A stretch of 64,000 nucleotides of DNA, from positions 52,841-116,840 of the forward strand of contig CAVPYP010000005.1 of assembly GCA_963710015.1 (NCBI GenBank), given 5' to 3'. A model generated the notes under the pieces. It was not told where the DNA came from, made no database searches, and saw only the letters and a program-made list of their open reading frames with translations. This stretch comes from an uncultured delta proteobacterium. GTDB lineage: Bacteria > Desulfobacterota > Desulfobulbia > Desulfobulbales > Desulfocapsaceae. Shown piece by piece: positions 57,299-64,000 of this stretch; position 1 is the stretch's first letter; each line of letters starts with the position of its first letter. A program made the translations under genes and the position numbers.

Positions 57299-58240
57299 AT
57301 GATACCGACGCAGTATACCGTAGATACACCCTATATGGTTGGCCCGGTACATTGTTACACCATTGAGTTAAATGGTGAGCTGGTATTGTTTGATACAGGT
57401 CCGCCGACTGACAAGGGCAGGCAGTTTCTGCAAAACCACATTGACCTGAGACGTCTCAAGCACGTCATCGTTACTCACTGTCACATCGATCATTACGGTC
57501 AATCACACTGGCTTGAAAAAAACAGCGATGCTGTCATATATCTTCCCCATCGGGACATCCTGAAGGTCAGACATCATGAAGAGCGAATGGAGAAGATGTT
57601 CGACCTGCTCTCGGGGCTGGGGTTTGGTGCGGATTACCTGGACAGCCTGCGCGAATCGTTCTATCGTGGTGTCATCTTTCCGCCTTTTCCAGACAACTAC
57701 CTGACGGCTGAGCATGATATTCCAGCTTCACTTGGCATTGAAATAGTGGGCTGTGCCGGTCACTCTCAGAGTGATCTCGTCTACACCGGGAGGAGCTGGG
57801 CGATCACCGGTGACACACTGCTCCGCGGAATCTATCAGTCGCCATTGCTTGACATTGATTTTGAGGCCGGGGGCAGGTTTAATAACTACCAGGCCTACTG
57901 TCGGACCCTGCTGAAGCTTGCCCAACTGAGAGATAAAACAATCCTGCCCGGTCATCGTCAGAGAATAGAGAGTGTTGATGCAACCATCCACTTCTACATT
58001 TGCAAAACGCTCTATCGCACGCTGCTGCTCCAGCCTCATATCAGGGACTACTCCGTTGCCCAGCTTATCGATCGTGTTTTTGGCAAACAGATGACAGACC
58101 CGTTCCATATCTACCTGAAGGCCTCTGAGATACTGTTCATGAAAGATCTGCTTGAGAACCCGGAAAATCTGCAAACGGCGCTTCAGCAGATTGGGCTGTT
58201 TGAGAAGGTCAAAGATAATTTTGAGCGGGTCTTCTCTTGA
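57299..58240 (+). CDS. Metallo-beta-lactamase-fold hydrolase
   Basis: THCHIDHYG matches the HxHxDH motif. There are downstream His ligands (GHSQSD, PGH). Confidence 0.8.
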   Translation: MIPTQYTVDTPYMVGPVHCYTIELNGELVLFDTGPPTDKGRQFLQNHIDLRRLKHVIVTHCHIDHYGQSHWLEKNSDAVIYLPHRDILKVRHHEERMEKMFDLLSGLGFGADYLDSLRESFYRGVIFPPFPDNYLTAEHDIPASLGIEIVGCAGHSQSDLVYTGRSWAITGDTLLRGIYQSPLLDIDFEAGGRFNNYQAYCRTLLKLAQLRDKTILPGHRQRIESVDATIHFYICKTLYRTLLLQPHIRDYSVAQLIDRVFGKQMTDPFHIYLKASEILFMKDLLENPENLQTALQQIGLFEKVKDNFERVFS

Positions 58241-58268
58241 CCCGACCCTCCCGGAGGGGAGCACGTTG

Positions 58269-58787
58269 ATGAAAGGTTTCGACACTCTACCGATACTCGT
58301 ATCGCGGGCAAAAGGTTCATCATTCTGGCTCTGGATTCTTAACCGGGTGCTCAGCCGGACGGTACCATTTAACCGCCCCCACGGTTTCGAACTCTTTGAG
58401 ATCGGTGAGAATGTCATCCGCACAACGGCTCCCTACAAACGCCTTAATCACAACCATGTCAGGGGCATACATGCGTGTGCAATCGCCACGGCGGCGGAGT
58501 TTTCTGCCGGTTTTCTCTTACTGACAAAACTTGATCCGAAGCGCTATCGGCTGATCATGTCCCGGATTGAAGTTGAATACCTGTACCAGGCAAAAGAGCG
58601 CATTTTTTCTGAAAGTTTTTTAGCACCTGAGGTGCTCGATGAAGAGGTATATAAACCCTTGCAGGAACAGGATTCTATCACGATTACACTTAAGAGCGAG
58701 GTAAAGGATCTCTCAGGTAATGAGATAGCAGTTGCCTTTACCAGCTGGCAGATTAAACGGTGGGACCGGGTTCGTACAAAACTTTGA
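58269..58787 (+). CDS. Hot-dog-fold protein (DUF4442/PaaI-thioesterase-like)
   Basis: 172 aa with a GGAGGGGAG ribosome-binding site. The pattern ...NHVRGIHACAIATAAEFSAGF... is typical of DUF4442. Confidence 0.65.
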   Translation: MKGFDTLPILVSRAKGSSFWLWILNRVLSRTVPFNRPHGFELFEIGENVIRTTAPYKRLNHNHVRGIHACAIATAAEFSAGFLLLTKLDPKRYRLIMSRIEVEYLYQAKERIFSESFLAPEVLDEEVYKPLQEQDSITITLKSEVKDLSGNEIAVAFTSWQIKRWDRVRTKL

Positions 58788-58857
58788 GATAAATTCAGGC
58801 AGCAAAGCAGATCGGCCCTGAAAAAACAAAATGACCGGGAGAGGTTAAGGAGATGTA

Positions 58858-60561
58858 ATGATGCTGCTCAATCCCAAGGCGTATTCTGTAGATTATCAGG
58901 ATCCATGTTTCCTGGATCTTGTTGACAAAACCATCAACTTTTTTGAAACCAAAGGGTTGAAACAGATAAAAAAAGACGATCAGTCCATGGTCTGGTATGA
59001 CGATTTTCTCGCCTTTGTAAAACAGGAGAAGGTCTTTGCCACTCTTTTAACCCCTGGCAGATATGGAGAAGGAGATAAACGCTGGGATATGAGGCGCCTC
59101 TGTCTGTACAATGAAATCCTGGGGTTTTACGGCTTGTGCTATTGGTATGCCTGGCAGGTAACCATTCTGGGCTTGGGTCCAATCTGGATGGGAGAAAATG
59201 AAGAACTGAAACAACGGACAGCCCGTTTGCTGGATGAGGGCGGATTGTTCGCCTTTGGGCTCTCGGAAAAAGCCCATGGTGCTGATCTTTATTCAAGCGA
59301 GATGGCGCTTTCACCGGCGGGTGAGGGTAGATATCTTGCCAATGGCTCCAAATATTATATCGGCAACGGTAATTGTGCGGCGCTTATTTCAACATTTGCC
59401 AAACTGAAAGACAGTGGCGAGTATGTGTTCTTTAGCGTTGATCCAGCCCGTCCCCAGTATGAATGCCTAAAGAAAATAGACACCTCCGGGGTCCGCCAGG
59501 CATACGTGGCCGAATATATATTAAGAGATTATCCGGTTACGGAGGCTGATATAATTTCTCGCGGCACACATGCCTGGAACTCTTCACTTAATACCATCAA
59601 CATCGGTAAATTTGAACTTGGCTGCGCCTCAATTGGAATCTGTTCGCATGGTTTTCACGAGGCGCTGAACCATGCTTGTTCCAGGAACCTCTACGGGCGT
59701 TTTGTTACCGATTTCCCGCATGTTCGAAGGATTTTCTGTGAGGCATACGCTCGCCTGGCTGCCATGAAGCTGTTTACCTGGCGCACGGTCGACTATTTGC
59801 GTGCTGCATCCGATGATGACCGCCGCTACCTGCTTTTTAACCCCGTCGTTAAGATGAAGGTAACCGGGCAGGGTGAAAAGGTGATCAGTATGCTGCACGA
59901 GGTGATTGCTGCCAAGGGGTTTGAGCAGGATACCTATTTTGAAATGGCTATACGTGATATTGGCATGCTTCCAAAACTAGAAGGTACCGAGCATGTCAAT
60001 ATGGCGCTGATCATTAAGTTTATCCGTAACTACTTTTTCGATCCTGTTGACTACCCTGAGGTAGCCAGGAGTTCAGAAATCTCCGATGATCACTATCTTT
60101 TTAACCAGAAAACCGGAGGGCTTGCAAAAATTACTTTCCCAGACTATGAACGGGCCTATGAGTCCGTTTCTGGTGCAAATAGTGCGATCTTCAAGCAACA
60201 GGTTGAGCTTTTTAGATCAGTTTTAATGCAGGCGCCGCCAAGCTCGGAACAGATGAATAATGTTGATTATATGCTTGCTGCTGGCGAACTTTTCACCTTG
60301 ATCGTTTATGCTCAGTTAATCCTGGAAAACAGCAGAATATATGCTATCGACTCAGACCTTCTTGAACAGATTTTTTCTTTTCTGGTGAAAGACTTTTCCG
60401 CCTCTGCGCTGCAGATGGTTTTAAATTACGAGAACAATGAAGAACAGGATGAGTTTTTCAAATCAATGCTCAAAAAGCCGCTGATTGACGAAAAATGTCG
60501 CGGCCGTTTCTGGGAACAGCAGGTCTTTGCATTCAAGGATCAGTACCGTATGAGTGAATAA
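58858..60561 (+). CDS. Acyl-CoA dehydrogenase-family protein (567 aa)
   Basis: Has an ACAD middle and C-terminal pattern (GLSEKAHGADLYS..., ...AAKGFEQDTYFEMAIRD...). Confidence 0.75.
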   Translation: MMLLNPKAYSVDYQDPCFLDLVDKTINFFETKGLKQIKKDDQSMVWYDDFLAFVKQEKVFATLLTPGRYGEGDKRWDMRRLCLYNEILGFYGLCYWYAWQVTILGLGPIWMGENEELKQRTARLLDEGGLFAFGLSEKAHGADLYSSEMALSPAGEGRYLANGSKYYIGNGNCAALISTFAKLKDSGEYVFFSVDPARPQYECLKKIDTSGVRQAYVAEYILRDYPVTEADIISRGTHAWNSSLNTINIGKFELGCASIGICSHGFHEALNHACSRNLYGRFVTDFPHVRRIFCEAYARLAAMKLFTWRTVDYLRAASDDDRRYLLFNPVVKMKVTGQGEKVISMLHEVIAAKGFEQDTYFEMAIRDIGMLPKLEGTEHVNMALIIKFIRNYFFDPVDYPEVARSSEISDDHYLFNQKTGGLAKITFPDYERAYESVSGANSAIFKQQVELFRSVLMQAPPSSEQMNNVDYMLAAGELFTLIVYAQLILENSRIYAIDSDLLEQIFSFLVKDFSASALQMVLNYENNEEQDEFFKSMLKKPLIDEKCRGRFWEQQVFAFKDQYRMSE

Positions 60562-61053
60562 CAACAGCGGGCCTGGAAAAAAATATTATGGGACATCATT
60601 CTGACCCATATCACAGATAATATCCGCTATAAACCATCCTTCATCTGCAACTGCTGCTCCTGCTGCTGTGAACTTCTTGGTGGCGTCATGCGCGGATTTC
60701 CATTTGGCGTTGCCAAAGCAGGTTATGCGCTTGAAGTTGATCCAGATACCTGCCTGGGCTGCGGTTTATGCAGCAGGGCCTGCAATGTTGAGGCGCTCGT
60801 TCTGGCCGCGGCTGAGGACAGCAGCGCCACGTAGGTTGCCCGGGTTTCTGAGGAAAAATGTCTCGGCTGCGGCGCCTGTATTTCTGCCTGTAAAACGTCA
60901 TCATTATCATTGCCCCCGAGAGTACGGCCTGACCCGCCGGCAAGGAAAAGGGATCTGTTTGCCAGGATACTCAAAGAAAAAAAACGAATGACCCCCTTTG
61001 TCATCGAAGGTGTGAAGAAAAGGGTGATGCGTGCTGTTGGGCTTGGGCGATAG
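60562..61053 (+). pseudogene. Remnant of a CxCCxCCC-motif 2x[4Fe-4S] protein: N-terminus missing, in-frame TAG at 60832
   Basis: The frame directly after the ACAD stop reads ...ILTHITDNIRYKPSFICNCCSCCCELLGG...DPDTCLGCGLCSRACNVEALVLAAAEDSSAT*VARVSEEKCLGCGACISACKTSSLSL.... There is no start codon upstream of the Cys motif. Confidence 0.6.
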
Positions 61054-61056
61054 GTT

Positions 61057-61752
61057 CTAGAAAAAGAGGCGCTGCAGGCTGAAATAAAAGAGCGGCAGAA
61101 AAATTCCGGGCAGCAGATTTCCGACCCGGATTGAGGTTATTCCCAGCATATTAAAGCCAATGGCCAGAATCAGCAGGCCGCCAACTGAGGTCATTTGGCT
61201 GATCGTTTCGGCTATCAGGTAGGCTTTCAGGAATACTGCCAGCAGTGTGATCAACCCCTGATAAACAAATACTGCAAGGCTTGAAAAGAGAACTCCCAGC
61301 CCCAGCGTCGAGGCAAAAATAAGTGAAGTTACCCCATCAAGTACCGATTTTGCGAAGAGCGTCTGGTGGCTGCCGGTGAGACCGCTTTCCAGCGAGCCGA
61401 CTATGGCCATGGAGCCGACGCAGAACACAAGACTTGCCGTGACAAATCCCCGGGCAAATGAGTTCTGTTCACTTGATTTTGAGGCCACCCTGCCTTCCAG
61501 ATAGCTGCCCAGTCTTTCCAGTTTCTCCTCTATTTTCAAGAACTCCCCGATCAGCGCTCCGAAAATTACAGAGAAGATGACAACCATCATACTGTCTGAA
61601 CTGAGCGCACTTTTCATGCCGATCAGGATGACAGAAAGTCCCACCCCGTTCATTACAATGTTCTTGTAGGTTTCCGGGATACCCTTGTTCAGGAGGAGAC
61701 CGATCAGGCTGCCGCCTATTATCGCCAGTGCATTTACGATTGTTCCAAGCAT
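61057..61752 (-). CDS. DUF554-family membrane protein
   Basis: 231 aa. MLGTIVNALAIIGGSLIGLLL is the typical DUF554 (YdfK/YqgA-like) N-terminus. Confidence 0.8.
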   Translation of the reverse strand: MLGTIVNALAIIGGSLIGLLLNKGIPETYKNIVMNGVGLSVILIGMKSALSSDSMMVVIFSVIFGALIGEFLKIEEKLERLGSYLEGRVASKSSEQNSFARGFVTASLVFCVGSMAIVGSLESGLTGSHQTLFAKSVLDGVTSLIFASTLGLGVLFSSLAVFVYQGLITLLAVFLKAYLIAETISQMTSVGGLLILAIGFNMLGITSIRVGNLLPGIFLPLFYFSLQRLFF

Positions 61753-62052
61753 GTTGTCTTAGGCGTTTGATTCAGGAGTTACGGGTGATTGTCGAGATAG
61801 AAAGAATGCAGCAGAACTCTTATACCATCGGGAATCTTTTGCAAAGCCCTATTTCCAATAATTGCCATGGTAGACCACTAATAACCGGTCGGCAGGAATC
61901 TGAAAGGACAGGATTGGCAAGCTGTCAGTTGTTTTGATAAATCGATCTTCAGGCCAGGCAGGAAGATGATGGCGGTTCACCCAACAATATCGCAGGCATC
62001 TGTAACGCCTGCACCGTCAGGCAAGGCTGCATGAGCGGTTATGATGATACTG

Positions 62053-62457
62053 TCAGGAAGAATGATCGGTTTTGAGAAATTCAGTTATGCGGACACGATA
62101 ACTGACAATATCACTGCGCAGGGATGAGAGACTGGCCATTTTTTCATCTACCAGAGAGATATGACGGTCAAGGATTTCGATAAGCTTGGGTGTGATTGTG
62201 TGGAAATCCTGTTCATTTATGTCAAAAATATCAGATAGTTCATGGATCTCCTTGAGAGAGATGCCAAGTCCCTTCAGTTTGAGAATAAATTTAAGCCGCA
62301 GAACATCATCCTTATTATAGGTCCGGGTTCCGCCGCCGAGACGTTCCGTCTTACCCATCAGACCAATTTCTTCATAGTATCGAATGGTCCGCGTTGTTAT
62401 GGAAAGTTGTTTTGCCAATGCTCCGATCTGGACAGAATCACTGCGTTTATGTGCCAT
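62053..62457 (-). CDS. MerR-family transcriptional regulator
   Basis: 134 aa. The N-terminal HTH is IGALAKQLSITTRTIRYYEEIGL, followed by a coiled-coil dimerisation helix. Confidence 0.88.
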   Translation of the reverse strand: MAHKRSDSVQIGALAKQLSITTRTIRYYEEIGLMGKTERLGGGTRTYNKDDVLRLKFILKLKGLGISLKEIHELSDIFDINEQDFHTITPKLIEILDRHISLVDEKMASLSSLRSDIVSYRVRITEFLKTDHSS

Positions 62458-62558
62458 CGTTTGCCTTTCGTTTCAATAAGATCATCGTGTGATCAGTGCC
62501 CTGTCGGCAGAGCTACAATAAATATGACAGATAGTGAGAATAGTCATCAGGTTCGTTT

Positions 62559-62571
62559 ACCTTTACGTAAC
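62559..62571 (+). promoter_or_regulatory. Copy of the ACCTTTACGTAA motif in the MerR/Fe-S oxidoreductase intergenic region
   Basis: acctttacgtaac, read directly. It contains the 8-bp palindrome TTACGTAA. Confidence 0.35.
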
Positions 62572-62682
62572 ATTGGGACTAACATATCATGATGATCGAG
62601 GGACTGTCAAACAAAAAATCTTCTAATGTAGTATAGCCAGATCGAGTTTATCCAGCGTCGGCCCAAGGTGAGAGTTTTTGTC

Positions 62683-62711
62683 TTGACCTTTACGTAAACA
62701 CATTTTATAAA
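62683..62711 (+). promoter_or_regulatory. Sigma70-like promoter (TTGACC-17-TATAAA) with the palindrome TTTACGTAAA in the spacer
   Basis: ttgacc tttacgtaaacacattt tataaa, read directly. It lies 90 nt upstream of the oxidoreductase ATG. Confidence 0.5.
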
Positions 62712-62800
62712 GAGCAGGTAAATAATGGTGATTCCGCTTACGGGAACATCAGCAGCAGCTGGTCTGTCGATTTCTGATCACAATGTACTTGGAGAACAGG

Positions 62801-64000
62801 ATGGAATTTACTCGCGAGATTTACTGGAATGTCGGCCATGGCGCCCTGACTCTAGTACCGATGTACCTCCTGGCTATTGCAGCCGTCACCCTCATGGTCA
62901 AAGCCTTTCTCAGAAGGATTGCGGTATACAAACAGGGGCAGCCGCTTAATAGAACAGATAAACTGGGAGAAAGAATCAGTGATCTGCTGCAAAATGTCAT
63001 ACTGCAGAAGAAGGTTACTGCGGTTACCTGGCCCGGGATTTTCCACGGCCTCTTTTTCTGGGGTTTTTTCCTGTTATTCATCGGTACGACTCTTATTGTG
63101 ATCCAGGCAGATTTCACCGATCTGCTGTTTGACTACGTATTTCTCAAAGGGACATTTTACAAGCTTTTTTCCATTACCCTTGATGTCGCCGGCATCATCG
63201 CCATCCTCATGCTCGGCGTTCTGTTCTTCAGGCGCTATGTCCTGAAACCCGAGGGGCTGGAAACAAAGAGAGATGATGCCATAATGCACGGATTACTCTT
63301 TGTCATATTGGTTACCGGGTTTGTGATCGAGGGCGCCCGCATGGCAGTTACAGAAGTCGGCTCGCCATTGGCTCTGTGGTCTCCTGTGGGACTGCTCTTT
63401 GCAAAAGCCATGGCTGGTATCGGGGAGGATGGACTGCGAATGGTACACAGGGTTACCTGGTGGTTTCATCTGCTGCTGGTTATGGGATTTATTGTCCTGA
63501 TTCCCACCACCAAATTTCGACATATCATCACAACGAGCCTCAATTATCTGTTTGCGGACCTGGGCCCCAAGGGCAAACTGACCAGCCTTGACCTTGAGGA
63601 TGAGGAGGCTGAGAAATTTGGCGTCACTGAACTTTCAGATATGACCTGGAAGGATATCTTTGACGCTGATGCCTGCACACTCTGTAAGCGGTGCCAGGAT
63701 CGCTGTCCCGCCTGGAATACCGAAAAGCCCTTGTCACCGATGAAAGTGGTTAACCAGATCGGCGATATTGCCTTTGCAGACCCCAAAGCAGATCTGATCG
63801 GGACCATTGGCAAGGATGTGCTCTGGTCCTGCACAACGTGCCGGGCGTGCCAGGAAATATGTCCCGCCTCCATAGAACATGTCAGTAAAATAGTCGACAT
63901 GAGGCGCAGCATGGTACTGATGGAAGGGGAGTTTCCCGGCGAGGAGGTCATGACCGCCATGGAGCAGACTGAGGTAAACGGAAATCCCCTTGGTATCGGA
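62801..64000 (+). CDS. Membrane-bound Fe-S oxidoreductase (NarI/DsrM-like TM domain fused to an HdrD/DsrK-like 2x[4Fe-4S] domain), 3' end outside the window
   Basis: This ORF is not in the track because it runs off the edge. A GGAGA ribosome-binding site precedes ATG 62801, and 400 codons are open. The start reads MEFTREIYWNVGHGALTLVPMYLL.... About 5 TM segments are followed by CTLCKRCQDRCP and CTTCRACQEICP. Confidence 0.85.
   Translation, partial: MEFTREIYWNVGHGALTLVPMYLLAIAAVTLMVKAFLRRIAVYKQGQPLNRTDKLGERISDLLQNVILQKKVTAVTWPGIFHGLFFWGFFLLFIGTTLIVIQADFTDLLFDYVFLKGTFYKLFSITLDVAGIIAILMLGVLFFRRYVLKPEGLETKRDDAIMHGLLFVILVTGFVIEGARMAVTEVGSPLALWSPVGLLFAKAMAGIGEDGLRMVHRVTWWFHLLLVMGFIVLIPTTKFRHIITTSLNYLFADLGPKGKLTSLDLEDEEAEKFGVTELSDMTWKDIFDADACTLCKRCQDRCPAWNTEKPLSPMKVVNQIGDIAFADPKADLIGTIGKDVLWSCTTCRACQEICPASIEHVSKIVDMRRSMVLMEGEFPGEEVMTAMEQTEVNGNPLGIG

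Noticed and set aside
57728-58423. 231-aa minus-strand ORF, and similar long antisense ORFs (656-1159, 11106-11483, 32810-33313, 35016-35426, 37207-37704, 47852-48382, 55945-56448).
   Set aside because: Each lies entirely antisense to, or out of frame within, a gene with clear family motifs. None has a recognisable motif of its own.
60832-60834. In-frame TAG in the Fe-S gene remnant as a possible pyrrolysine or readthrough codon.
   Set aside because: The same locus also lacks its N-terminal half and any start codon. No pylTSBCD genes are in the window. A simple nonsense mutation in a decaying gene is more parsimonious.
60668-60991. Track ORF of 107 aa (MNFLVASCADFHLALPKQ...).
   Set aside because: It is in the wrong frame. 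The conserved Cys-rich ferredoxin motifs lie in the frame that continues from 60562. This ORF is a by-product of GC-rich sequence.
1-64000. I looked for CRISPR arrays, IS elements or transposases, integrases, prophage genes, tRNA or rRNA genes, toxin-antitoxin pairs and known defence-system genes.
   Set aside because: I saw no regularly spaced direct repeats, no DDE, tyrosine or serine recombinase motifs, and no characteristic RNA gene sequences. The window reads as core chromosome.

Overview
This 64-kb window looks like ordinary chromosome. I support about 57 protein-coding or pseudogene loci, plus one clear riboswitch, several hairpin terminators and a few candidate operator and promoter sites. 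I saw no rRNA, tRNA, CRISPR array, transposase, integrase or phage genes. The gene content includes NfnAB-type flavoproteins, two rubrerythrin/ferritin-like genes, Ni-SOD, selU, a membrane HdrD/DsrK-like Fe-S oxidoreductase next to a beta-oxidation cluster, and PAS/GGDEF sensors. This suggests an anaerobic Desulfobacterota (deltaproteobacterial, Desulfobulbales-like) genome, but that is inference only. Gene order: tdh-kbl; an SDR; a CitE-like lyase; LysR/YceI; a PAS kinase; a cupin; a ferritin-like gene and a SIMPL gene; acr3; a methyltransferase; birA-bioY-bioM-bioN plus a homocysteine methyltransferase; a cold-shock RNA module (RRM protein, DEAD-box helicase, Csp); YitT; EamA; a dCache-GGDEF sensor; malonyl-CoA decarboxylase; Ni-SOD; a sulfotransferase; a cobalamin riboswitch followed by an SSS-family transporter; a GAF-GspE ATPase; rubrerythrin; ggt; selU; HlyD/ABC/ABC-2; nfnAB; GlcG; a Sel1 protein; an MBOAT/AlgJ-like/epimerase trio; then a long fatty-acid beta-oxidation cluster with a MerR regulator and a membrane Fe-S oxidoreductase that runs off the 3' edge. 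The most interesting observations are these. (1) A textbook cobalamin riboswitch with its own intrinsic terminator controls a sodium:solute-symporter-family gene that carries a ~170-aa uncharacterised tail, which is not a classical B12-regulon member. (2) A Ni-SOD has a Sec-type signal peptide whose predicted cleavage site exposes the Ni-hook histidine, and there is no adjacent SodX peptidase gene. (3) Two promoters 13 kb apart carry the same ACGTAA-core motif inside their 17-nt spacers, next to a MerR-family gene. (4) Three gene lesions are present: single-base +1 frameshifts in two ABC ATPase genes, and a truncated Fe-S gene with an in-frame TAG. All coordinates of motifs were counted by hand, and no database search was possible.
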